Positions 25,845-38,390 of a stretch of 64,000 nt of DNA are shown here, piece by piece. The position numbers and the translations under genes are program-made. Source of the DNA: Ruditapes philippinarum (taxonomy: Eukaryota). The notes under the pieces were generated by a model. The model was not told the origin of the DNA and searched no databases. It worked only from the letters and a program-made list of their open reading frames with translations. Numbering within the stretch: the first letter of the stretch is position 1; each line of letters begins with the position of its first letter. The stretch lies in NCBI RefSeq assembly GCF_026571515.1, contig NW_026852705.1, positions 186,001-250,000 of the forward strand, in the 5' to 3' direction.

Positions 25845-27718
25845 GGGCGCGCTCGATTGGGCTGTCGGAACTGTGCCAGAATCAAATTCCGACTCTTCTA
25901 CAGAATCTGCCAAACGAGTGAAATTGGCTGTCGGAACTGAATCATGAAGTAGTAATGGCGGATAAACTTTTATTATTTGATAAAAATTCTTGACAGTTCT
26001 TCGGATGAGAATTTCGAAGACAATTCATTTGCAGCGGTAATTTTACCTGCTGTTGCAGCCGCTATTAAAGTAATACGTACAGTAAGGTGACAGATCGGTA
26101 TTTCATTGTCTAAAGCATACTGGTATGGTAACTTGCAAGTTCCCTTATCAGAGATTGATAAATTCGGACACTGAACTATAATAGAATAATATCTTCACTG
26201 AATGAAGAGAAAGTAAAGCATGATCGAGTGGTTAACGCTTTGGACTAGTAATTTAGCTAATGATCGTAAGCCGCATGGTTTCAAGCCCTGACAGGGGCTA
26301 GTTGTTGTTTCCTTGAGCAAGAAACTTAAGTTACACTCATTGCTCAGTACTGTTTGGTTCAAGGAACGCATTCGAAAGTGCGTTTATAAGCTTATATATA
26401 GCTTAATTCCTGCACAATCGAACTGAAATAAATTCTGTATAAACCAAAGTAAAAATTATCGTGGTAACTAAGGAATTCAATGAAACCATGCAGTTATTGA
26501 AAGATTCATTGACGTTTGGTGTAATATGAGTATAACTACCATTACATTCAAAACTAGCCTTGATTATACTGGATATGTAAAAATGTATGCAAGGACTGAC
26601 CTAAATGATATCAATTATAAGGGGCTAAGAACTTAATTAATATCTCTCTATCTCTTAAAGTGTAAAATTACTGTTATAAATGTCTTAACAAGCAAAATAT
26701 TCTTTCTTTTCAAATAGGATACGAGAGGAAAAATACGGGTAGAAATATATGTCGAGGATGTTGTCCCGAATTACTCTGACATAAGTTTTCAAAGGCATTT
26801 CCGAATGTCTCGTGATACATTCAACACAGTTCATGATCATTTAAAAGACTGTCCAGAGTTTTTTGTAACAGTTCGCCATGGAGGACGACCAGCAGTTCAA
26901 GTCACTAAATAGTTAATGATCACCTTGTAGTACTTAGGGACACACGATACAATACATCGTCTGTCATATAGGTTTGGGGTTTCAGAAGATACCATCCTGA
27001 ACTCCCGGGACTCTGTTATTACAGCAGTTATATAAGACATTTGAGAACAAAAATTATAAGCTGGCCAACACATCAAGAAAAACAAGTCATTAAAGATCAT
27101 TATGAAAGAAAAAATGGGTTCCCCAATATTATTGGGAGTTTAGATGGCACACGCATTAGAATAAGTGCACCAAGCGAGAACCAAAAATCATACATAAATC
27201 GCAAAGGATTCCATTCTATTCAATTGCAGGCTGTCTGTAGAGAAGATTTAACATTTACTCACTGCTTTACCGGTTTCCCCGGGAGTGTTCATGATTCAAG
27301 AATATTGAAAAATTCTGATTTATGGGATTATGGACAAGAGCTATGCGGGAATGATCATATCTTAGCTGATGGTGGATATCCACTACAGACATGGTTATTA
27401 ACACTACCGGGACAACGGATTTTAACCCCTAACCAGCGACATTTCAACTCCTTGCTGTCTTCAAATCGAGTGTCCATAGAACGAGCCTTTGGGCTTTTAA
27501 AGGGTAGATTTCCACGCCTTACAAGCTTGGTTGTTAATAGGGTAGAGACAGCAGTGGACATAATTATGGCTTGTTGTGTTTTGCATAATGTCTGCATTCA
27601 GCAAGATGTTAAAGTTGAATTAATGCAATGATCCTGTCAGATTAAATGTTGGTCATGGAATTCAACCTCCTGCAGAGGGTATTCTAAAAATGGATAACAT
27701 TGCAGCAAACTTACAGTA
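25845..27718 (+). pseudogene. PIF/Harbinger transposon left end plus disrupted DDE transposase (HARBI1/DDE_Tnp_4 type)
   Basis: GGGCGCGCTCGATTGG terminus; exon from ~25955, intron, then exon from 26719 encoding FQRHFRMSRDTF; in-frame stops near 26909-26930; GSLDGTRIRI, YINRKGFHSIQLQAVC, GFPGSVHDSRIL, ADGGYPL and RVSIERAFGLLKGRF motifs; no right TIR or Myb/SANT ORF seen. Confidence 0.9.
26219..26445 (+). mobile_element. tRNA-derived CORE-type SINE in the transposase intron
   Basis: cgagtggttaacgc..ggtttcaagccctg head, ttgtttccttgagcaagaaactt CORE motif, apparent aaagtaaa TSD. Confidence 0.8.
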
Positions 27719-27854
27719 AAAAGAACAACTGAAATGTGTTGATTTTCTTAACTTTATTTGGTGTTCAAAAAATACTTGTATTTTCAAGTGTAAATAGAAA
27801 TAAATATGAAAAAAAATTGATAAATTTGTATTGCAAATGTTTAAACAAGAAGCA

Positions 27855-28071
27855 GTGGCGGCGTGGCCGAGTGGTTAACGCGTCGGACTAGTAATCTAAG
27901 GATTGCTGACCGCTAGGGTTCAAACCCTGTCAGGGGCAAGCCGTTGTTTCCTTGAGCAAGAAACTTTACATTCATTGCTTAGTACTGGTTGGTTCCAGGA
28001 ACAGATTCGAGAGTGTTTCAATAAGATTATAGCTTCCAACACAATCGAACTAAAATAAATGTGTATAAACC
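27855..28071 (+). mobile_element. tRNA-derived CORE-type SINE, near intact
   Basis: A box (tggccgagtgg), B box (ggttcaaaccc), CORE motif; 12-bp TSD aaacaagaagca on both sides. Confidence 0.88.
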
Positions 28072-28330
28072 AAACAAGAAGCATCACATTATGAATTAAA
28101 TAAGGTAATTAATACTGTTTCCTGAGCCACCCCCAGTCAAGTTTATAACACTAGATAATGACATAATTCTTTGGCCTGGCTTTTGTTTCAAAATTTATGT
28201 AAAATTTTATTACAGATTATGATGCTTACATAAAACAACATGTATTGAATTTAAGACTTAAAACATGTCATATAATTATCACTTGATATGACACTAACTG
28301 GTAATAAAAATCACAAAAATGTACATATTA

Positions 28331-28745
28331 ACATATTTGTGACAATGCAATGCCTTTTATAGTATACCTTTTAACATATTTGTGACAATGCAATGCCTGT
28401 TATAGTATACCTTTTAACATATTTGTGACAATGCAATGCCTGTTTTAGTATACCTTTTTACATATTTGTGACAATGCAATACCTGTTAGAGTATACCTTT
28501 TAACATATTTGTGACAATGCAATGCCTTTTATAGTATACCTTTTAACATATTTGTGACAATGCAATGCCTGTTATAGTATACCTTTTAACATATTTGTGA
28601 CAATGCAATGCCTTTTATAGTATACCTTTTAACATATTTGTGACAATGCAATGCCTGTTATAGTATACCTTTTATCATATTTGTGACAATGCAATACCTG
28701 ATATAGTATATACCTTTTAACATATTTGTGACAATGCAATGCCTG
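28331..28745. repeat. 43-bp minisatellite, about 10 copies
   Basis: acatatttgtgacaatgcaatgcc(t/g)ttatagtatacctttta in tandem. Confidence 0.95.
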
Positions 28746-28901
28746 ATGCAGCATAAAACCTTAAACAATCTAAACAAACAATTGCACTGGTTAAATATAT
28801 ACAATCAACCTAACTGGTTTGACCTAAAACAACTAAAAGGGTAAGACCTAAATAAACAACCACATTGGTTTAACTCAAACAGTTTCATGAGAAAATCTTT
28901 A

Positions 28902-29176
28902 GTTTTCGTCCCGCGACCCCGCCAAGCAAAAAGTCGATAAGTAACAAGTTAAAATGGCGGAGGCGCTAATTAGCGTGTTTTCGCTCTGCTCTCCCGTCGT
29001 TTTATTTCTTAAAATTCGACCTGCGCCCCCGCAGGGCGAAGTTTTTTTAATTATATTTCGCCCCACGCCCCGGCTTATTAGTGTGTTTTCGTCCCACGAC
29101 CCCGCCGTTAACTTTCGACTTTTCGCTTGGCGGGGTCGCGGGGCGAAAACACAAATGGCACAAATCAGCCACCATA
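28902..29176. mobile_element. GC-rich palindromic MITE, left end truncated
   Basis: gttttcgtcccgcgaccccgccaagc ... gcttggcggggtcgcggggcgaaaac inverted pair, ending atggcacaaatcagccaccata. Confidence 0.65.
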
Positions 29177-29224
29177 GATATCTGACACCCTCACTCATGG
29201 AGTGCATAGGATAAGTATAATTAT

Positions 29225-29375
29225 GCAAAAAGCGATTTACAAAACATCCGGAATAATGTATCTGAATAGAACATGCCCTGTGCGTAGGAATGATTTGGTA
29301 AGGTATCTGTTATGAGCGCATTTTTTGCGCGGAGCTTCTCAATTGCTGCATTGCAGCAACATTTGTACTTGTTAT
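29225..29375. repeat. Dispersed repeat with an inverted homolog at ~48685-48850
   Basis: ttttttgcgcggagcttctcaattgctgcattgcagcaacatttgtacttg is the reverse complement of the 48685 region. Confidence 0.8.
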
Positions 29376-30544
29376 TGTCACAGGTTATTGTCCAACAATA
29401 TTGACCTGGCACTTCTTTAACTTTCGTATAGATCACTTGAATAAACACTGACCAATATCTATCGAATATATTATATCGATATATAACATCACTGATCAGT
29501 GAGATGTGGTGTATTGGTATAGATGTCGGACTACCGATCTGAAGGTCTCTAGCTGGTTCGATTCCTTAAATACCAACACCACGTTGTGATTTTTTTTAAT
29601 TTACTTGCAAGAACTAATTTGAAATCGTTTTACTTAACCTTTATTTAGAATACCTTTTTGTAAGTGGTGTTTTCATAGACAATTATATTTTTATTTCATT
29701 ACACTATCTTTTAACGATTCTGTCTGTGACATTATATGCAATCGTATATGCTTTAGCGCATACACGCTATCAAGGCAGTTATTAAAAATACGTAATAGAA
29801 AGAGCATCGAAACACGAGGCTATCTGATTTGTACGAGGGGGCGTAGCCCCCGAGTATAAATCAGATTGCCGAGTGTTTTGATGTTCTTTCTCTTTTGTAT
29901 CATAGTCAAACATAAAAACACGTTCCCTGATACCACAATATGAAACCCCACAAAAAAGTAACCAATGAACGAGCATCTGAATATGACATTTCCATCGCTA
30001 TCCCTTTCTCTGTCGTCACAATATGTAAGCCCCGGACAAAAAGAAACCAATCAATGGGCATGCTCTGGAGTGCAGGTAACTATATATTGCCTGCACTCCA
30101 GTTAACGCACTGTGCATGTATATGTATACGATTTAACTCTGACACATTTTCAACAGAAAGGTCCCAAAACTATATACATACATACATACATACAATACAC
30201 ATATAGTACCCACAACAAAAAGGTTTGTAACAGTTTTAAAAGGATGGCAATTTTAACATTGAAATAAAAAATTCGTTGAAATGGGATTCGAACCTTCCAG
30301 TTTACGTGTACAATCTACAAGTGAAAACACTTTACCAACTGCGCTAACAGGGATTTTTAATTTACATCATTTTAACAATTGGATATCGATTTAAAAGTAT
30401 ATCGTAAAGTTTACAGAATATACCGACTACAGGGTCAAATGCAAGAGTGCCAGCTCAATTTTGTTGGACAATACTTACTGTACGTCCTTACACTCACTGG
30501 CCACTGTACAGTGACCTATATTACGGCTCAAATTCATCTACTTT

Positions 30545-30897
30545 GTTAAAGTGACACCACTGAGGTTTAAAAGCCTTAAAACATAACATTAGAATTTCTT
30601 ACATAAATGAACTTGGGCGCTTTAAACAGAAATATATGCAAAGATAGTTAAGAAATATACTTTAAAATAAATCGAAAATCGTAGTTTTATGTTTTCCTTA
30701 GCCTAATTTGAGTGAAAAGCGTTTAAACGCTTTTCATATTGGGTCATTTATAATTATTATGGAAAAACGAAGTGCGAGAATGATCTGAAAGTTTACACAA
30801 AGATTCGTGGTCTACACATACATGAAATGGTACATTTATCTGGAAAAAAATATTTTCAGTCCCATCATGTCAAAAACCCTCAGTGGAGTCCCTTTAA
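30545..30897. mobile_element. TTAA-flanked Kolobok-like MITE
   Basis: ttaaagtgacaccactgaggttt ... aaaccctcagtggagtccctttaa. Confidence 0.65.
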
Positions 30898-30974
30898 TTA
30901 ATACCTAAATGTAAATTTATGTTTATGTAAATTATCACCACTTTGTGCTTCAAAATTATGTCTTTACGGACATG

Positions 30975-31235
30975 CCTGGTGACAAGTCCAGGGCTAAGGT
31001 CGTTGACTTCGAATCACTCGCTTCTCGCCACTATGGGTTTAGTTTGAATCTCGACAGAGTCTGTGGATTTTTTCCTGTGAGGGAGGCTATTTAGCTAGCT
31101 TACGGAACGACTGTGGTTCTAATCTAAAATAATAATTACACGGAAGGGAACCCAATGTCTTTCTGCAGTGGTATAAAGCTTGAAAGTCGCCATATATGGC
31201 CTATAATAAGTTTGCGCGACGCAAAACTCATCCAA
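30975..31235 (+). mobile_element. Degenerate Meta-type SINE
   Basis: aaggtcgttgacttcgaatcact..gctatttagctagcttacggaacg..gtggttcta..aaagtcgccatat. Confidence 0.7.
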
Positions 31236-31679
31236 AAATGTTATAGTGTCCTACCTTTTAAAAACGACCAGGCTAATTAATTTTATTGCTGGGCTGTCAT
31301 ATCGTTATATTTAGGAAAGTTTTAAAATCAACCAATACTTGAATTCTTTTTGTATCAATAAAAATGTTATTAATTTAAGTATTTTTATACCAAATATATG
31401 ACAATTATTTGAAAAATGAATTAAATAACTTCTAGAGGATGGGGGATGGCGTGGTATTTTCCTTTCAGAAATCAAAAAGAGTAATTTTTCGTATGAGAAC
31501 TTTTGTTACTTCATGAAGAGAGCATAGTCGCCGCCATGTCCGTCCTTCCACATGTCCGTCCTTCTGTGAGAATTTTTACGGGTTTTGTCCAGTAAAAATA
31601 CTAGTATTTCGTTTTGTTTCACAATCGAACGTACAAAGTGAATGTATGTATACATATATCACTGAAACATATAATTACA

Positions 31680-34665
31680 TGTATATCTAAATAAAACATG
31701 ATAGACAACAAACTCAAGACATTTGGAAAACGATTAAGTTTAATATACGTTCAACAAAATAAATCATATAATTCAAACACAAAATAGGTACATTATCATT
31801 TTCTGATTTCATTTTCTAACACCAAAACAAGCGAGAAAAGTGCGATAGGCGCTTGTGAAAAATCCTTTCTTTGTTTTCTTCTTGTCCGTCAACTTGTTTC
31901 TTAAATCATCTTTGGTTAATTTCTCACTGATTTGACGAGTGTTATTAGTATAAGCTTCTGACTTTGGGCAGATATCTGTAATGCTCTTGTCGCCATGTTG
32001 AGATGATTTCATTGTTTGGCTGTCTGACGTCTGCTGTTTGGTGGGGTGGCACTGGATGTCGTCTGCTTCTCGATTGTCCCTGTTCAAGGTAAAATTTCTA
32101 ATGAAATAATTGTTATAAAAAATACAACGTAAGTGCTTTAAGAGCTTAAATTATCGTCATTTATGACATAATTTTTAACTTTTAAGAATTTATACATATG
32201 TTTTTGATAAATCAGTATGTCTGAAAATTTGAAATTTACACTTGAAAATTATTTGTTGATAGTTAAAGCTTTTAAAATATCCTTGTACGAATAAAAAACT
32301 GATACCTTTTAAAATTTGGCTTTCTCAGAGATAAAACATCTGACATTTTTGTATTCTTTTGTTGAGAAGCGAGTTCTTTGGGATTTTCTGCAACATTTCT
32401 GTTTATATGTTGCATGTACTCATAATGATCGTCTAGGTACATCTTCAACTCTGCAAAAAAATTCAAAAGATCAATTGGGGCTATACAAACGAAAACATGA
32501 AAAGTACCAGTCATACCAAAGTCCCCTTATGCCCCTTTACTTTTGTTAAAGCTTAGACCAGGTCAGATAAAATCATAAATATTATCGAATGTCAAACTTT
32601 ACGCAACAAACAGGAGTTCATCATTCACACGTAAGATGTCGTTGTCACCTTATTAAAAAAAAACAGTTTTGCTATGAAAATTACAAATTATCAGACAATA
32701 AATTTTCAATTACTTACCAAACGCAAAGTCATTTCTTCTTTCAGCTCTAGAACTAATATGTCCAGTTATGCGTCTTTTGCGCTGTCTATCTTGGCCATAT
32801 TTTTGTGGCATTGACTTCCTCTGACTTTGTGGTGGTAAAGCGCTCTTACTTCGCCTTTTCTTCTGTGAGGTCTTATCCTCAACTGCATAGTCTAAGGAAA
32901 ATGAAGAATATAAATATCTAGTGACAACTTGATGGTGCAATGCTTCATTCTGAACCCCCCTCCTACCCCTCCGCTCCCTGTCCTCGATGAAACGAATTAT
33001 GGCGGAAATTGCCGAAATGATACGATTGACAATCTTTCAAATTATTACATGGAAAATTTGCAACATGCTTTACTATATACATGTATACCGAAATTTCTTT
33101 CTTAACACAGCGCCCTCCCTTCCAGAGTTTAAAAGCATATGACACATCAAATGTAAACAGACCTTTGTCCAAGTGATAGTTAGACACTAAAATATAGTTA
33201 TCATTTTTACAAATATTTTTTGTGCTTATTCATTATTCAAATGAATAAAAAAACATTTAAAAGTAATAAAAATCATTTCAAAACTTACATTTTCTGCGAT
33301 TTGCCGATTTTCTTTGGGAATCGTGACCTCTATGTGCGACACATATTGACCTTGTCCTTTTTGAGGAACAAACTTTGTCCATTCTCGAGTGAGCTTTGCA
33401 GTCGTTTCTTGATAATCTGTTCATAATACACTGTAACAAGATATTTATACTCAGTTAGTGTGTTTACAACAAATTAATTTGTTTAACACATTCGATTCAT
33501 TAGAAATATTATTTATAAATGAATATTAAAAAAATATTTTTTTCCCTTCTCTATCTAATGGAAAGGACGTTGAAGAGAGTGGGGATGGGTTGGGGATGGG
33601 GGCGCTGTGTCCTAGTGCTAGCTTTTATCAAGAAGCAGCTAAAGTTGATAAGATTTAATTCTGATTATTTTTACAAAATTATAAGCTTAATAACATTTTG
33701 AATCTCTTAATTGACCATGAAATTCTGTGAAATAAGTGTATTTTAAATAAAAAAAATATATGTTTACATACCGTGATGTGTTGATACCTAATGTTGCGGA
33801 ACGTCGTTTCTATGACAAGTTACGTCAGAAAATGAAATTACGTCAAGACGTAAGTGACGTTAGAATGGGTATGACGTAAATGTCATGTACGATGATACTA
33901 CAACGTACATCTCACTTATCAACAATTCTTAATCAGATAAATGTACAAATGTAATGTACATGTATTTTAAACGTCTCTGATATACATATACAATATATTG
34001 CGTTAGCGAAAAGCATTACGAAATATGACGCGAGTTTTATTTATTTGTGTATAAATTTAAGGTCATTGTGAGACAACCCGTCATTGATTATTAACCTCCA
34101 ACTATATACCATTTGTCTACAATGTACATGGGCACCCTCGGATGGCCTTCGTTTACAGGTTTGGCTATAGTTTCAAGAACCAAAAGGGCACAAACGTATA
34201 GCCTGAAAAGACTATTAGAGAAATGTTTTTATTTCATGCAATTAAAATACATGTTGTACCTGCAGAATACAAAAATGGTAGAAAGTCAGAAACCAACAAT
34301 GGCCCAACTTTGTGTTATCTATTATAATATTTGGTACATTTGTTTTGTTTGAAATTCTTGGTTTTATTTGACTATATATCATAATTTATATATTAGTATA
34401 TAGTGTAATGGGAAAGAATTCATTTCTGATTTAAGATAAATGTTTTCTACCATCTACATATTTTGTGAATATTCAATGAGCCGTACCCCTTTGTATCTAG
34501 AGACTTAAATCACATTAATTATAGCTCTGATATATAATGAATCCGGGACAAAAAACCCAGGTTGAATTATATATATATAATCTGTTCGGGTTTTAAAGTA
34601 ATTTTCGTTTACAGTACATTGTCATTTCGGGTTATACACCTTTCCGCATCTTTCTAATGTTTTTG
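31680..34665. repeat. Segmental duplication, copy 2
   Basis: Paralogous to 23060-25845; continues directly into the MXRA7 5' region. Confidence 0.95.
31809..33424 (-). CDS. Unrecognised basic protein, copy 2, 248 aa
   Basis: Exons 33424-33289, 32882-32718, 32480-32306 and 32079-31809; same exon lengths (136/165/175/271) as copy 1, no stops. Confidence 0.75.
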
Positions 34666-34688
34666 TTTTGACGAAAAATCGGGAAAAG

Positions 34689-35566
34689 ATGGAAATGTTC
34701 ACTGAAAATAAAGACTATGTTTTAGCAATTTCAGTTCCATTAACAGTTTTATTTGTAATTGCTTCAATGTTATACACGATTCGTAATATTTCAAGGACAT
34801 CAGGAAAACCCAAAGTTGAAGAGAAAAAAAAATCCAGTAACGAAAGTGAGACAGACGAGAAAGTTTCAGCCTCAGGTGGTGTATGAAATCAATAAAAATA
34901 TTTAATCTTTCATAACCTTATCAGATTAAGCAACTGCAAATTGATTTGATATATATTATGCTGAACTGAACTGGATTCAGTCCTGGAGAGATCAACACAA
35001 GGAACCTTACAGGGGCATCATGAAAGATTTTACAGTTAAAATTATTCGCCCCAATGACGATTCGCCCCACTGTGAAACGTTCTTTTAAGCATGAACATCG
35101 ATCAAATTATTAAATTAAATGCACATTTTGGTTTATGTAAGCACTATAGGGCCATGATAGTTTCTTTTTCATAAAGTTGCATACCCTGAGAATGAATAAA
35201 ATGAAATTTAGGGCAATATTTATTCATGTTGGCATTTAGACTGGGAGTGCAGTCGTTGTATGGATATTAATTGTTATGATAATGAATATCAATAAATCAT
35301 TTTCAGGTGATAACAATGAAAAAGCCCACAGCAAAATTGATCCAGTACAGTATTGCGAACATATCCAAAGTGAAGTGAAGAAAGCACGGCATAAAGTTGC
35401 TACTCAAGAAATACGGCAAAAACTCACTGAAGAAGATCTGAAAAATGAAAAAGAAATTCAACGCAAGCAAATTGAAGACATTTTCAAGCTGATGGCACAA
35501 CATTCTGACAAGTTTGGTGTATCAAGTGAAGATGATGTCGTGCAACAGATGAAACTATATGTTTAG
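34689..35566 (+). CDS. MXRA7: Matrix-remodelling-associated protein 7-like, ~148 aa, 2 exons
   Basis: Exon 34689-34875 (or 34878) with an N-terminal TM segment VLAISVPLTVLFVIASMLYTI; exon 35307-35566 LTEEDLKNEKEIQRKQIEDIFKLM..FGVSSEDDVVQQMKLY matches the MXRA7 C-terminal helical motif. Confidence 0.85.
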
Positions 35567-37161
35567 CAACATTTAAACATTTGTAAAATAATGTTACAGT
35601 AGATTTATAATTACCTCAGTTCTTTGTAAAACAAGTAGTTCATACAAGTAGTTGATAAAGTACATGTTTAAGATGGTTAGACTATAGATCGAAGGGAACT
35701 ATTGGTATTATGGTCTTGTTTGAATATAGATCATTATGTTAGTCACTGGGTCATATCAAGAGAAAATCTTGCTGACACTAGGGACTTCTTAATCAAGTTA
35801 AAATTTGAGTTTAGGGTTTAAAACTTGAACAATATAGCTTAAATCATATGAAAATCTTGATCCTTCTTTTTATCATATGTATATACTATATACATGTATT
35901 TAACTTTACTGAGTGTGAAGAAATGAAGATATGTTTAAAATCCTTTGAAAACTGCAAAACCTTAGGCTTATATATTGGGAAGTAGCTTTTCAGCCCATGG
36001 CCTATTACACCTTTACAAAATAAATATAAATAAAGTAAAAATGGCTCTCCTTCAGGGTCACTTATATAACATTGTCTTTATATGAAAATCTCTCCTCAGA
36101 AATTAATATTGTACAATGTCCATCATTAGACATTTGACATGTAGCATCACCTTGAAATTTTCAAAAAAAGTTACTTTAATGATTTTTAATCATACCTTAC
36201 TGATTTAGGGTCAAAATTGGCCACCTATGGGGTTACATAGTTTACATATAGAAAAACACATTAAAATCTTTTTTTGAAAATATATAGCCTGGAGCTTTAG
36301 GCATGACTTGTAGCATGGCACAGTGAACCTTTTATCTAAGAAAGGTGTTTTTGAATCATGGCCTTATTGACAAAATTACTCCATCTTAGTGTGACCCATT
36401 AGCCTACTTCAACATTGAAGAATAATGTCACTTTCTAGCATTAGATCATATCTTGCGCAATTTAGGGCCACAATGTCATACTTGTTTAGTGTTGTACTTC
36501 GCTTTAATCTAAGATTTTGTGTTATTTTGAGATAGAAATGTTTATTTGTTCTGTGTTTATATAGATATTTATTTCTGCGAGTGTTAAATGTTTATTGTTA
36601 TGTTCTAATGAATGTTTCCTGTTCTTTGGATATTGTTGATGTAATGATTGTGATGATTAAAGATCTCTATATTAGGAATCTTCAGGTAGTCAAAAGTTTT
36701 ATATTGCTTTGATTTTAATACTTAATTTAGTATTAAAGATATCTTGTATTAGTATTAAAGATATCTTGTGTTTGATTGAAATTTTATTTTTCAATTTTTG
36801 AAGAAGAAAAAATGCAACTTTAAAGATCTGTCATTTATAATATGTTTATTTTGCCAAACAGTTAATTATTTAATCTATTGATTATTTGATCTATTAATTT
36901 GGATTTTTAATAAAATCAATTTTACTCCATGACAGTAAAAATCTTTTTTAAACGGTTCTATTGACAGTTATATCCCACCAAATTCACAGAGGGATATATC
37001 ATATAGATTTGGTGTTGTCCATTCCGCCTTCTGTCTGTCTATCTGTCACATATTGACTGGAATGTAACACTAAAACAATTGTAGTTTTATACATGAAAGT
37101 ATTTTAGATAACTATATTTTACCTGAAAGTGTGCATATGTCATATGTATACATTTAGGAGT

Positions 37162-37359
37162 CAGGGCTTTTTTCCACAGGCTGGGGGAGCAGCCCTTCCC
37201 TTAATTTTTGGTGAAAAATAATATGGTATTTTTGTAAAAGGGGGAAAAAAACTTTGTCAATTCAACTTTGGGTGAAAAAAAACAGCATGATTTTGAAGTA
37301 TTTTTCTTTGAGGAAGCTACCTGTAAAAGACCACTGCTAAAGAAGGGAAAAAGGCCCTG
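37162..37359. mobile_element. hAT-like MITE with a 5-bp TSD
   Basis: GGAGT|cagggctttttt ... aaaaaggccctg|GGAGT. Confidence 0.7.
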
Positions 37360-38390
37360 GGAGTGATGCAATGCATAGGAATTGTAACTGTTCTGTTAAT
37401 AAAGTTTGAATTGTTGTTCTTTGTTAAAGGCATTTTTTAATTTTACCAATAAATATTTGGTTAGATTGCAATGGAACTCGGCATAATGATAAGAAGCCTA
37501 CTATCGTGACCGGATATCAGTTTGAAGAATATTGTAATATTACACCATTTGTTCTGAATTAGTTTTAAATAAAGTTGTTGTAAATTTCTCCTTTATCTTC
37601 TACAAACCATGATTTCTTTCAATAAATGCTCCTTGTCCAGCTTTATGTTATAACTTATTGAATTAAAAACAACTAAGAAATGTCAAAATGACATTATGCC
37701 CCCTCCACCTTACTTATAATTGGTAGTTAGAAAAAGTTACCGTTATGTAAGTCACAATGAAACTGATTATGTAATGGCATGTGTCAATAAATAAGTAAAA
37801 CAAAAATAATACAGCATAGCATTGGGAAATTGTAAAATGGTGAAGAAACACAGAGTTAACAATGATAGTTTAGTAAGCATGAATTGAACAAGGAAATATG
37901 CACAGAACCTTGAACATGAAAACTGTTTGACATAAAAGGTCACAATTACTTTGACCTTATACCCATGACCCCAGAAGCAAAAGCGGTCAACCGAAGACAA
38001 ATGCACATATAAAGCGAGAGCGGGGGGGGGGGGGCTTTGAGTTGTCAATTTATTTTGCATACATTGTCAATTTGACCTTGACCTTTGGGCCCGTGACCCA
38101 AAAATAAAAATGGTCGCCTACTACCAAAGACGAATGCTCCTATGAAGTTTGAGGGTACATGGGTTGTTGAGCTACTGGTCGGAAACAGTTTTGGTGTGAC
38201 CTTGACTTTTGAGCCAAGAACTCAAAGGTGTACCTTATGGTTACATAATGTCCTATAGAAACATTTCAGTCTTGGTCGTATACAACAAATTTTCATGAAA
38301 TTGGTCATAAGTATATGTGTTCTTTTTAAAAGAAAACAGGCCAAATTTTAAGTAAAGAAGAAAAATAAATAAATAAAACCATACTCATAC

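Larger units (their letters stand above)
23060..25845. repeat. Segmental duplication, copy 1 (copy 2 at ~31680-34665)
   Basis: Colinear high identity from aaataaaacatgatagacaac to tttccgcatctttctaatgtttt; copy 2 has about 200 extra bp in an intron. Confidence 0.95.

Noticed and set aside
27041-27631. Domesticated HARBI1 gene
   Set aside because: Upstream in-frame stops, apparent frameshifts and a transposon terminus indicate a decayed TE.
28331-28745. CRISPR-like regular repeat
   Set aside because: Head-to-tail 43-bp minisatellite with no spacers.
29500-30350. tRNA-like A/B boxes at ~29500-29570 and ~30280-30350 (also ~53800-53865)
   Set aside because: No closable cloverleaf; degenerate tRNA-derived repeat fragments.
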